Numbered from the whole stretch's first letter, positions 21,801 to 32,842 are shown. The stretch: DNA of 63,756 bases, filler included, from Reclinomonas americana ATCC 50394 (GCA_048213135.1; 24 parts of 24 records of this genome joined end to end with filler, not necessarily neighbours in it); one strand, 5' to 3'. Notes: generated by a model from the sequence alone, not told the origin. Made by a program: numbers and translations.

Positions 21801-22310
21801 CTAGTACTCAAGGTGGCCATGAGTCATGTGCTTGCCCTCGGCATCGGCCGGCAGGCGCGCGTGAGTGCCATCGCAGAAGGCCGGGTTGCCCGTCTGTATC
21901 TCTCATATGTCATTGCGCGCGAACAGGCAGACACAGACACTCTCTTACAACAACAGACCTGCTTGCACTGGCACAGGTAGTACGTCTTGGTCTCCTCGAC
22001 AGTGAAGGCACGCGGCGCAAAGGCAGTGCCCTGGTGAGAGCCATCGCTGTGTGTGTGTGTGTTGTGTGAGTCTCTCCTTTGTCTGCTTGTTGTTGTCTCT
22101 CACATTGTGTTGCTCACCAGAATGGCTGCGACTTGGAGCGGCCGCAGGCGCACCAGTAGTAGGTCTTGCCAGCCTCCAACTCCACTGTGTGTGTGAGAGA
22201 GAACAATGAGTGAGTGCGTGTGTGTGAGTGAGAGAAAGAGTGTGAGAGAGCAGACCAGCAACGGGTCCGCGCTTGGCGACCACGATCTTTCCAGCGTCCT
22301 CAATGTCCAT
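21801..22310 (-). CDS. Two-CDGSH iron-sulfur protein (CISD3/MiNT-like), 4 exons
   Basis: Spliced: MDIEDAGKIVVAKRGPVA|VELEAGKTYYWCACGRSKSQPF|CDGSHQGTAF..YYLCQCKQ|TGNPAFCDGTH..EY*; intron 1 is 22255-22185. Confidence 0.88.
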
Positions 22311-22780
22311 TCTGTGCGTCTGTGTGTGTGTGTGAGTGCAACCATGATGCAGCGTTGATGAGCATGAGCGCGCACGCACTTGTTTGTGAGCGAAACGATG
22401 TTACCCGGAAGAAACTCGGAGCAGCAATGTGTCGGTTTTCCGATTTTGGAACATTCCATTTCCCTTCCCCGCCCCGCCCCTTACAGTTGCATGTATTCGG
22501 CCACCTAAGTGTATGCAGAGGTGACGGGAAGACGGAGTTGCCATCGCGTGCTCGAAAAGCTCGAGGAAAATGCATATTAACTCCAACAAGGAGCCACTGT
22601 AGACCCACTTGTTTCCCCCTTCTGCAGCTCTGCATGCATGCATCTGCTTTCAACTTACCCCCATACGTCTGCGTACCATGCATACATCTTCGACGTCAAC
22701 AGCTCTTGTGGCACTCGCGGCGACCCGACTAAAAGACAAGCGCACTCCGATGCATGCTTCATTGTTCCACGCCTGCTCCC

Positions 22781-25577
22781 TCACGACGATGGCGGTGGCT
22801 GCGGAGGCGGTCCCTGTCCCGACGGTGGCGGCTGTCCATAGTACGGTGCGTATGGCATGTAGCCCGCTGGAAGGGTGGGCATGGGCAGTGGAGGCGGCGG
22901 GCCCGGTGATGGGCCACCCTGTCGCCCAGGCGGAGCGGCGCCCGGTGGCTGTTGCTGCGGTGGTGGTCCGACGGAAGAAGGCGGTGGTCCACCTGGTGCG
23001 CCGGTAGGCGGCGGATATGCGTACATGTTCGGCGGCGGAATCATGGGCGCGTAAGGTGCCTTGCCCGGCGGGGGAACCATCGGCAGCATGTTGGGCGGCA
23101 TGCCCGGCTGCTCGGGACATAGCGTGAGCACACAGGAGTAGAAGAGGCAAAGTGAGAGACGTCACAAACCATGGGAACGTGGCCCGAGGGTGGCGGCGGC
23201 TGTTGCGGCATCGGCGCCATGGGTGGCGGGTATGCGGACGACTGTGGCGGTGGTCCACGTTGACCCTGCGCATTCGGTGGAGCCCACTGTTGTGTGCCCG
23301 ATCGAGAGTGAGTGCATGGCTCTCTGCAAAATGCACACACACACACGGCGACGCAGTCACCTGTCCGGGCTGCTGTGGAGGTGGCGGTTGCTGGAGGCCT
23401 TGCGGTGCGTATTGCATGTTTGTCGGCGGCGGCCCGTACGCCATCTGCGGTGCGCCGGGCGGAGGCATGTACTGCGGCGGCTGTCCCGGGTGCGACGGTG
23501 GCGGCTGTCCCATCATCACCGGCTGCGGCTGTCGCATTTGCTGCGGCATCTGCTGTGGCATGCCTGGCTGCGACTGGGACGACTGCGAGGTCTGCTGCGT
23601 TTGCGATGGTGGCGGCACCATGCCGAGGTGCGGCATGGGTGGCGGCTGTCCGTGGTGACCCTGTTGCGCCGCTGCTGCCGCCGCCGCTGCCGCTGCGGCA
23701 GCTTGGTGAGCCGCCATTTGATGCTGGTGTTGTGCCTGCTGCGCCTGCTGATGCTGGAGAGCCTGCTGCTGCGCCTGCTGCTGTGCGTGTGCCTGCGCCT
23801 GTGCTTGCTGTTGCTGGGGTGGCGGTGGTACGGCGGAATCGCGCACAGACACTGTCTGGCCACCGCGCACGTACAGCGCCTTGAACTGGCGCACGTAGCG
23901 CTCGGCGGCCGAGGCGTTGCCGAGAACCACACGCTCCACTTGCACATTGGTGGCCTGACTGAGGCTGCTGTTGGCGTCCGGCAGCGTGCCCGAGCGGATG
24001 AGGCACTCGTGCAGACCGTGCGGTCGCACGTACACGGTGAGGCTGCAGCAGGCGTTGTTCCGACCGCGGAATTCGACACTGCGCACCGTGCCGCCAACTT
24101 GCCAGATGGGCGGCTGGCGCTGTTGTGAGTTCTTGAGGAGGGCATTGACGACCTCGGTCGGCGCGTACACGCGCTTGCCCGGCGGCACCGTGTCGCGAAT
24201 GGTGTCGGGATTGGTGTTGGGCGTCAGCAGCACCGGCACCTTGGCGGCGGCCGTGGCATTGGCCGTGTCCACAAAGCTCGACAGCAGACCGGCGCGCTTC
24301 TTGCGCAGCAGATCTGAGTGGGCGGGGGCGAGACGTGCCAGCGCGGCCGCCGACACACGGGCGGGCAGACGCTCGCGCGAGCCTTGCTGCAGAGCGCGGG
24401 CTTCGGCGCGGGCGAGCGCGTCGTCGAACTTGCGGCTGTTGTAGTGCACGAGGCTGGCGATGCGGCACACGTCGGGACTCGTGTCGAGGCAGATGGGCGA
24501 TTCGGTCTCCGCGAGCACCGTCGACAGCAGTTGTAGTCGCTCCTGGGGTAAAAGAAGAAGGGGGTGAGATTGGGGGGGGGGAAGGGAGCAGGGGAAAAGG
24601 GAGAGGGGGAGGGAATAGAAAATGCGGAGTGATGCGGGCAACAAACCTCCTCGCTGCCATTGCAATGCGATTCAAGGTCGCGATACAGAGTGCCTTGTGT
24701 TGGCTTCAACAGAACGCGCCATGATTGGAGGTACTGCGTGGCGAGGAAGTGGTGAGCTCGCAGTGCAATCAAGTACACGCACATTCTCTCTCTCTCTCGC
24801 CCTCCACCTCACCTTGGTCCTCGAGTCGCGCACTTCCACCACCACACACCCGTCGTAGTATATCACGGGCAGAAAATTGATCTCCTCCAAAAAATCGGCG
24901 GCCAGCACGCCCGCGTCAACATCGCGCAACACCGACCGCGTCGAGTGCGTGTACGGCACGCATTCTTGCTGTGTGACCGCGCTCGTGCCGGGCGCCGGTT
25001 GCAGGCAGAATCCGTGCGGAGTCACGTGCAGAATGAGCGACACGTGCAGCGGCGCGCCGACCACAGCCAGGCGTGTGGTATCGGCAGCAGCTGGCGCCGC
25101 CGACGCACTCGCACTGCCGCCACTTGTGCTGTCGCTGCTGTCGGTTGCCTCGGTCACGTGCTGCAGCACCGGCCGCACCGCCTCAATGGCGAATCGCGGT
25201 CCCGAGCGCAAGCCATACATGGGCGTCTCGCGCAGCGACAGAGCTCGCACTATGCGCATGCGCTCCACCAGACCCGTCTGCGGACCCACCACCAGCGGGC
25301 GCGCTCCGTACGTGCGCTCCACACATTGTAGCACCCACTGCTCGAATTGCGAGGCAGGCACTGGCGCAGCATCCCCCAACGACGACGACGCGGGTCTCGT
25401 CTTGCGCTGACGCCGCTCCACGTCCTCGGCGTCACCATCATCATCGTGGTCCACGTCCATAACGCCGCCGTCGTCATCGGCATCATCGTCGTCCTCCGCG
25501 GACTCGATCTTGCGTACTTTGCGAGGTCGCACACGTGAGCCGGGGCCAGAGGCCGCGGAGGAGGCAGTGCGTGTGGC
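22781..25577 (-). CDS. Spt20-family SAGA subunit with a Gln/Pro-rich tail, spliced, 5' end unresolved
   Basis: SLILHVTPHGF..PY..YYDGCVVVEVRD..RVLLKPT..LYRDL..ESPICLDTSPDV resembles the Spt20 domain; followed by poly-Q/A/P exons. Confidence 0.72.
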
Positions 25578-26190
25578 CTGTGTGGGAGGAGATTGGGAAA
25601 GAGAAAGCAATTTGGCCAATGGGCGATCTTTGCTGCGAAGGCACAGTCGAAGCCAGCTATCCACAGCAATACAAAGAGGGAAGAGTGGAAAGCGCGCAGA
25701 GAGCGTGCGTGCAAGAGAGTGCAAAGAGCACGTGCACAACCCACCCATCCACTCGCTCCACAGAAACAGAAAGAGAGAGAGAACAGAATGCGCACTGAGT
25801 GTGAAAGAGAGAAGGAACGCCATGCACTTGAACAATGAGCGATCTATGCGCAGCGAATGTACACCATGCACTCGCACTAGCACCCATCCCCTCACTCCAC
25901 AGAAGCAAAGAGAGAGAGAGAACGAAAAGTGCACTGAGAGTGTGCATAAAGAAGTGAACAATGCACTTGACACTCAGCAATCAATGCACCGCGAATGCAC
26001 ATAAACAATGCACATGCATTTGCACCACTAATCCACTCACTCTCCCACACAGAGAGAAATCAACGCGCACACGCAGACAACTCGCCATGTNNNNNNNNNN
26101 NNNNNNNNNNNNNNNNNNNNNNNNNNNNNNNNNNTTAATTAATTAANNNNNNNNNNNNNNNNNNNNNNNNNNNNNNNNNNNNNNNNNNNN

Positions 26191-26225
<35 letters not shown>

Positions 26226-26881
26226 GAGAGAGAGACAGAGACAGAGAGAGAGCACAGAGAGCGAGACAGAGAGAGTGTAGTTGTGTGTGGTGTATGTGCG
26301 TGTGTGCGTGCATGTGCGTGTGTGCGTGCATGTGCGTGTGTGAGAGAGAGAGTGAGTGAGTTAGCGAGGTGAAAGTGCGTGTTTGGCGCGCGCGCATATG
26401 TGTGAAAGGCACTTTGATGGTGTGCAAACCTGTGCTCTTTGTGGATGACTGTGAAGAGGAGAGCGCGGCGGGGGGAGGCGCTGCGGTTTCCACTCGTGGC
26501 AGAGTGAAGGAGAGGCGAGTGGCCATCTCTCTCACACGAAAGACAACAAAAATGAGTGTCCTGTGGTGGTCGAACTCGTGGCGAGTTGCATGCAGGTGCG
26601 CCTCGTGGCTGCATGAGTGTACGAGCGATTGTGTAGCTTGGGGACTGCAGCTGCTTTCGTTGCTGTCATCGAGTTCAGGCAAGTGGAACTTCGACTTCGA
26701 CGTCAACTGCATGCACAATGGTCGGTGCCTCATCCAGCCGCGCGCTCTGTGTTACAGTACAACATGTTTCCCCCTCCAGCGCACCGGTCAGAAAGCTTTC
26801 CTTGTGAGAACAAGTTCACTCTGCGGTCGACGAAGTCGCGGACAACTCTTTAAATTTGTTGCCCACTTGCCTTGACGCGCC

Positions 26882-27976
26882 ATGATCAGCAGCAAGACCC
26901 TGCATGGGCACACCGCGTGGGTATGGTCCGTCGCTGTGTTTCCAGACAGCCAGCTGATTGCAAGTGGAAGTGATGACCAGACAGTGCGTGTGTGGTCTCT
27001 GGCGAGTGGTGAGGAGGTGCGGCGATTTGAAGGACGACACATGGGCTGTGTGCGATCGGTGGCCGTCACTCCCGATGGTCAGCATGTTGTAAGTGGGAGT
27101 GATGACTGTGTCGTGCGAATGTGGTCGCTGGCGAGTGGCGAAGAGGTGCGACGATGGGAGGGACATAGTAAGAGAGTGTTGGCTGTTGCCGTCGCTCCCG
27201 ACGGCCGGTGCGTCGTTAGCGGCGGCGCTGACAAGACAGTTCGTGTGTGGTCCTTGGCGAGTGGCGAAGAGGTGCGGCGATGGGAGGCACACACGAGCGT
27301 GGTGCTGTCTGTTGCCGTCACTCCCGACAGCCAGCACGTGGTGACTGGGAGTGCTGACAAGACAATGCGGCTGTGGTCACTGGTGACGGGCGAGCAAGTG
27401 AAGCTGTTGGCCAGATTCGATGGTGCGGTGGTGTCCATCGCCATCACTCCCGATAGCCAGCACATTGTGAGCGGCCTTGCGGACAAGACAGTGCGCGTGT
27501 GGTCACTGGTGAGTGGAGAGCAGGTGCTACGGTTGGCGGGGCACACTGGCGTGGTGTGGTCTGTTGCTGTCACCCCCGATGGTCAGCACATTATGAGTGG
27601 GGGCGATGACCGGACAGTGCGAGTGTGGTCACTGGCGAGTGGGGAGCAAGTGCGCCAGTTGGGGGGACACACCGGTTGGGTGTATTCTGTCGCCGTTGCT
27701 CATGATCGCCAGCACGTTGTGAGCGGAGGCTGGGATAGTGTCTTGCGCATGTGGAGCACACCGTGCGGACTGGCCAGCGGCGAGCTTCGTAATGCTCGTT
27801 TGGCCATGCGCGCTGTGCAGGAGATGCAGCGAGAGGGGAGTGAAGAAGAAGAAGAAGAAGAAGAAGAAGAAGAAGAAGCTCGCTGCCTTCCGGAGATTGT
27901 GCTGCGTTGTTTCATCGTCGAAGAGGCAGAAGTCATCGTGTATCGGTGTCGCACTGATCCCGATCTGTGTTGGTGA
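26882..27976 (+). CDS. Intronless 7x WD40 protein with conserved C-terminal module (array copy 1)
   Basis: Seven GH..V.SVAVTPDGQH.VSG..D.TVRVWS repeats, then STPCGLASGELRNARLAMRAVQEMQ-polyE-RCLPEIVLRCFIVEEAEVIVYRCRTDPDLCW. Confidence 0.9.
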   Translation: MISSKTLHGHTAWVWSVAVFPDSQLIASGSDDQTVRVWSLASGEEVRRFEGRHMGCVRSVAVTPDGQHVVSGSDDCVVRMWSLASGEEVRRWEGHSKRVLAVAVAPDGRCVVSGGADKTVRVWSLASGEEVRRWEAHTSVVLSVAVTPDSQHVVTGSADKTMRLWSLVTGEQVKLLARFDGAVVSIAITPDSQHIVSGLADKTVRVWSLVSGEQVLRLAGHTGVVWSVAVTPDGQHIMSGGDDRTVRVWSLASGEQVRQLGGHTGWVYSVAVAHDRQHVVSGGWDSVLRMWSTPCGLASGELRNARLAMRAVQEMQREGSEEEEEEEEEEEEARCLPEIVLRCFIVEEAEVIVYRCRTDPDLCW

Positions 27977-28105
27977 ACGAGGCCAATGAAGTTCGCGCGT
28001 CGTCGCAGTCTGTCGTCCCGCAGCGCGTGCAATCAGACTCACACGAACAGCACACCTTCTTTGCGCTCTCTTTCTCTCTCTCTCTCTCTCCCTGCTCGTG
28101 TTATC

Positions 28106-29029
28106 ATGTCCTTCTCTCGCACTCTCCCCCTGAGCAACACCCTGCGCGGACACACAGGTGATGTGTGGTCCGTCACCACGACTCCCGATTGCCAGCGCAT
28201 TGTTAGTGGGAGCCATGACAGCACAGTTCGCGTGTGGTCTGCGGCGAGTGGTGAGGAAGTGCAGCGGCTGGAGGGGCACACTGAAAAGGTGCGATCGGTT
28301 GCTGTCACTCCCGACGGCCAGCACATTATCAGCGGCAGTAATGACATGAGTGTGCGAGTGTGGTCCGCGGAGAGCGGAGAGGAGGTGCGACGGTTGAAAG
28401 GTCACACGAACATGGTGTTCTGTGTCGCCATCACTCCCGATGGTCAGCGCATCGTGAGTGGCAGCACAGACAAGACTGTGAGGGTGTGGTTNNNNNNNNN
28501 NNNNNNNNNNNNNNNNNNNNNNNNNNNNNNNNNNNTTAATTAATTAANNNNNNNNNNNNNNNNNNNNNNNNNNNNNNNNNNNNNNNNNNNNCGGTCGCTG
28601 GCAAGTGGAGAGGAGGTGCGACCGTTGGTGCGACTCAATGGAGCAGTCATGTGTGTCACTGTCACTTCCAATGGACAGCATGTTATGTGTGGGTGCATGG
28701 ACAGCGGGGTTCACATATGGTCCACGGTCGCTGGCGAGGAGGTGCACCGACTGGATGGGCATACTGGGTGGGTGTCGTCTGTTGCCGTCACTCACGACGG
28801 TCAGCGCGTCGTGAGTGGCAGTGTGGACAAGACGGTGCGAGTGTGGTTGTCGCCGTGTGGGGCGGCTTGCGACGAGCTGCGCGACGCCCGCGTGGCCATG
28901 CACGCCGTGCAGGAGATGCAGACGGAGGATGAACGAGGCGCACGTTGCCTGCCGGAGTTGGTGCTGCGCTGTTTCATTGTCGAGGAGGCGGAAGTCGTGG
29001 TGTATCGTCGGCGGTTCGATTGTTGGTAA
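28106..29029 (+). CDS. Intronless WD40 protein with C-terminal module (array copy 2, interrupted by the 28492 gap; may be two genes)
   Basis: Three repeats before the gap; two repeats plus tail (..ELRDARVAMHAVQEMQTEDERGARCLPELVLRCFIVEEAEVVVYRR) after it. Confidence 0.8.
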
Positions 29030-29189
29030 TCGTGAGAGTGTACTTTGTTGTCTCGTTGCTTTCAAGGCGTTTCCAGCCTCTTCTATCTGCGAGCAAGCAA
29101 CACACGTCGAGCCTCGTCGTCGCGGTCCTGCGCGCAAAAGACGGACAGGAATCCACACTCGTTCCGGCAGCCGTTCCTCCCTCCTCCCC

Positions 29190-30260
29190 ATGTCGTCGAC
29201 TCCATGCATGTGCCTGTGCGGGCACACCAACGAAGTGTGGTCAGTTGCCGTCACTCCCGACGGCCAACATGTAGTGAGTGGGAGCGAGGATATGACTGTG
29301 CGTGTTTGGTCACTGGTGAGTGGCGAGGAGGTGCAACGAATGGAGGGGCACACAGACCGAGTGTGGAGTGTTGCTGTCACTCCCGATGGTCAGCATGTGG
29401 TGAGCGGCAGTTGGGATAAAACAATGCGTGTGTGGTCACTGGCAACTGGAGACTTGGTGCGACGCATTCGACTGCCAGGGTCCTCACGAAGGGTGCTGTC
29501 TGTGGCCATCACACCCAATGGTCGACACATTGTGAGCGGCGGCGGAGACTGCACAGTGCGAGAGCTATCGGTGGCGAGCGGTGAGGAAGTGCGATGTCTG
29601 GAAGGCCACTATGAAGAAGTGTTGTGTGTCGCCGTCACTCACGATGGCCAGCACGTTGTGAGCGGCGGCATGGACGAAACATTGCGTGTGTGGTCGCGCG
29701 CGAGTGGCGAGGAGGTGCGGCGATGGGATGGCCACACTGGCAATGTGCAAGCTGTTGCCGTCACTCTCGACTGCCACTTTATAGTGAGTGGCAGTGGAGA
29801 TGGTACCGTGCGAGTGTGGACACTGGCGGAGGGAGAAGTGCGACGACTGGAGGGCCACGCAGGTGCAGTACGTTCAGTGGCCGTCACTCCCTGTGGCCAG
29901 CACGTCGTGAGTGGTGGCGACGATGGAACGGTGCGCGTGTGGTCAATGGCCAGTGGCGTGCAAGTGTGCCGACTCAAAGGTCATTCAGAAGCCGTGTGGA
30001 CTATCGCTGTCACTCGAGACGGTCAGCGCGTCGTGAGTGGGAGCCTTGACAAAACTGTGCGTGTGTGGAGCCCACCGTGCGGTCTGGCCAGCGATGAGCT
30101 GCGCAGTGCCCGCGTGGCCATGCAAGCCGTGCAAGAGATGCAGACGGAAGATGAAAGAGGTGCCCGCTGCTTGCCAGAGATCGCACTGCGTTGCTTTATC
30201 GTCGAGGAGGCAGAGGTTGTGGTGCATCGGTGGCGAACCGACCCCGATATGCGGTGGTGA
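29190..30260 (+). CDS. Intronless 7x WD40 protein with C-terminal module (array copy 3)
   Basis: MSSTPCMCLCGH start; seven repeats; tail ..LPEIALRCFIVEEAEVVVHRWRTDPDMRW. Confidence 0.9.
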   Translation: MSSTPCMCLCGHTNEVWSVAVTPDGQHVVSGSEDMTVRVWSLVSGEEVQRMEGHTDRVWSVAVTPDGQHVVSGSWDKTMRVWSLATGDLVRRIRLPGSSRRVLSVAITPNGRHIVSGGGDCTVRELSVASGEEVRCLEGHYEEVLCVAVTHDGQHVVSGGMDETLRVWSRASGEEVRRWDGHTGNVQAVAVTLDCHFIVSGSGDGTVRVWTLAEGEVRRLEGHAGAVRSVAVTPCGQHVVSGGDDGTVRVWSMASGVQVCRLKGHSEAVWTIAVTRDGQRVVSGSLDKTVRVWSPPCGLASDELRSARVAMQAVQEMQTEDERGARCLPEIALRCFIVEEAEVVVHRWRTDPDMRW

Positions 30261-30389
30261 GTCAATGAAGGTGGCCCTTTGGTAAACTTCGAATCGTCCG
30301 TCCCGCACGCATATCAACGACAGCCACGCGAAGAGCACTCCTCCCTCTCACACACTTCACTTCTCACCGTCGCTCCTTCCCTATTCCGC

Positions 30390-31466
30390 ATGTCATCGCC
30401 TCCCACTCTTCCTCTCTGCAAGTGCCTGCACGGACACACTGCAGCAGTGCTCTCCGTCGCCTTCACTCCCGACGGGCAACACGTTGTGAGTGGCAGCTGC
30501 GACGCCACAGTGCGCGTGTGGTCACTGATGAGCGGTGAAGAGGTGCGACTGATGGAGGGACACACGCACATCGTGTACTCTGTCGCTGTCACTCCAGATG
30601 GCCTGCACATTGTGAGCGGAGGCTGGGACAGAACAGTGCGCGTGTGGTCACTGGCAACGGGGGAGCTCGTGCGACAGTTGGAGGGTCACACTGATTCTGT
30701 GCGATCTGTGGCCGTCACTCCCGATGGTCAGCACATAGTGAGTTGTGGTCATGACTGCACAGTGAGACTCTGGTCGCTGGCGAGTGGAGAGGAGGTGCGG
30801 CGACTGAAGGGACACAAGGATTGGGCGCAGTCTGTTGCCATCACTCATAATGGCCAGTTCATCGTGAGTGCAAGTCGCGACTGCGAGCTGTGCGTGTGGT
30901 CTGTGGCGAGTGGTGAGCAAGTGCGCCAGCTTGAGGGACGTGTGACGACTGTTGCTGTCACTCCCGACGGGCAGCATGTGGTCAGTGGCAGCCGCGACAC
31001 CTCAGTGCGAGTGTGGTTGCTGGCGAGTGGCGAGGAGGTACGACGGATGGATGGCCACTCTAATTGGGTAGTGTCTGTCGCCGTCACTCCCGATGGCCAG
31101 CATGTTATCAGTGGGAGCTGGGACAAAACAGTGCGGGTGTGGTCGCTGGCGAGTGGAGAAGAGGTGTGTCGTTTGGAGGGCCACACTGAACGGGTGTGCT
31201 CTGTTGCTGTCACTCGCGACGGTGAGCGCATCGTGAGCGGCTGCGGTGACAAGACAGTGCGCGTGTGGAGCACGCCGCGCGGTCTGGCAAGCGACGAGTT
31301 GCGCGACGCACGCTTGGCGATGCGTGCCGTGCAAGAGATGCAGCGAGAGGGTGATGGGGAAGAAGATCGTCGCTGCCTTGTAGAGATCGTGCTGCGTTGT
31401 TTTATCGTCGAGGAGGCAGAGGTTGTGGTGTATCGATGGCGAACCGATCCCGATATGCGGTGGTGA
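30390..31466 (+). CDS. Intronless 7x WD40 protein with C-terminal module (array copy 4)
   Basis: MSSPPTLPLCKCLHGH start; seven repeats; tail ..LVEIVLRCFIVEEAEVVVYRWRTDPDMRW; stop at the contig end. Confidence 0.9.
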   Translation: MSSPPTLPLCKCLHGHTAAVLSVAFTPDGQHVVSGSCDATVRVWSLMSGEEVRLMEGHTHIVYSVAVTPDGLHIVSGGWDRTVRVWSLATGELVRQLEGHTDSVRSVAVTPDGQHIVSCGHDCTVRLWSLASGEEVRRLKGHKDWAQSVAITHNGQFIVSASRDCELCVWSVASGEQVRQLEGRVTTVAVTPDGQHVVSGSRDTSVRVWLLASGEEVRRMDGHSNWVVSVAVTPDGQHVISGSWDKTVRVWSLASGEEVCRLEGHTERVCSVAVTRDGERIVSGCGDKTVRVWSTPRGLASDELRDARLAMRAVQEMQREGDGEEDRRCLVEIVLRCFIVEEAEVVVYRWRTDPDMRW

Positions 31467-31566
31467 NNNNNNNNNNNNNNNNNNNNNNNNNNNNNNNNNN
31501 NNNNNNNNNNTTAATTAATTAANNNNNNNNNNNNNNNNNNNNNNNNNNNNNNNNNNNNNNNNNNNN

Positions 31567-31910
31567 ATGTCCTTGCCGTCCGCGCGGCCGAGCTGGCGCG
31601 TGTAGTACTGCTTGAGCGGGTCGTTCCAGAGGATGTGCCAGGCAACCTGATCGGGATCGTAGATGCGTAGTGTCGTGCCGTGGAAGAAGCCCGGCAGCGC
31701 CCAGACATCCTGGACGGCGCGTCCGCCAAGGACCCAACCGAAGCAGATCTCGCCTTTGGCTTCATGGCGCTGGCCGTCATCGGTCTGCATCACGGCATCC
31801 ATCGTCCAGGCGCCGACGAACTGGCCGTAGAGGTTCATCCTGTCGGCGTATTCAGGCGCCGGCCCGGGGGCGATGAGGAGGTCGGCCAGGGTCGATGGCG
31901 CTGCTGTCAT
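31567..31910 (-). CDS. Conserved hypothetical protein (DUF1579-like), 3' truncated
   Basis: YGQFVGAW..FGWVLGGRAVQDVW..GTTLRIYDP..WHILW. Confidence 0.65.
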
Positions 31911-31995
31911 GATCGGACTCCGTCTGGATCTAGTTGGCGCCAGCTAGCTCCGAAGCTTCGGGCCTGGCTTGGGAAAAACTGCTAAATCCGCAAGC

Positions 31996-32842
31996 ATGAC
32001 CGCAACCGCCCATCTCCTGGCTTCAGGCCCCGGCTGGCGGGCCAGCGACATCGTCTGCACGGCCGGCCCCGACGACCGCGCCTTCGAGGAAGCGCACCCG
32101 CAGCACTGCATTGCCATCGTCCGCAGCGGCTCGTTCCGCTATCGCTCGACGCAGGGCAGCGCCGTGCTGGCGCCGGGCTCGCTATTGCTGGGCAATCGCG
32201 GCGCCTGTTTCGAATGCGGCCATGAGCATGCGGCTGGCGACCGATGCCTCGCCTTCCAGTTCGAGCCGGGCTGGCTCGAAGGCATCGTCGCGGCCGTGCC
32301 AGGCGCCCGGCAAATCGGTTTCGCACAAGCGCATCTGCCCGCCCTCGCGCCGCTCGCAAGTGTCGTCGCCGAAGCGGAAATCGCTGCGGACGATCCCGAG
32401 GGACTGGAAGAGACCGCGCTGCGTCTCGCCAGCGCCGTGGCGAGCATATTGTCAGGGGCGAAGCCCGGGGCCGCGACGCCGAGCGCCCGCGACCAGCGCC
32501 GGATCACGCGGGCGCTGCGCCATATCGAGGCACATTGCGAAGACGTTCTCTCGATCGATGAACTGGCGCGGCAGGCGGCGATGAGCCCCTACNNNNNNNN
32601 NNNNNNNNNNNNNNNNNNNNNNNNNNNNNNNNNNNNTTAATTAATTAANNNNNNNNNNNNNNNNNNNNNNNNNNNNNNNNNNNNNNNNNNNNCGCCTGCA
32701 CCGCGCGGCGCTGCTCTTGCGGCGGACCACGCAGCCGGTCGCCGGCATCGCCTTCGACTGCGGCTTCGGCGACCTCTCGACCTTCAACCGGCGCTTCAAG
32801 CGGGTGATGGGCGCGAGCCCGAGCGAGTATCGCGGCGCCTGA
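31996..32842 (+). CDS. AraC-family regulator spanning the 32593 gap
   Basis: N-part ends LARQAAMSPY; after the gap comes the second HTH RLHRAALLL..IAFDCGFGDLSTFNRRFKRVMGASPSEYR*. Confidence 0.9.

Noticed and set aside
22650..24665. 671-aa and 544-aa ORFs as complete genes
   Set aside because: They are exons of the spliced Spt20-like gene read through introns, or alternative frames of low-complexity sequence.
26882..31466. Diversity-generating retroelement or NLR as the explanation of WD40 variability
   Set aside because: No reverse transcriptase, no evident template/variable repeat pair with adenine-specific differences, and no NACHT/NB-ARC P-loop in the visible sequence.
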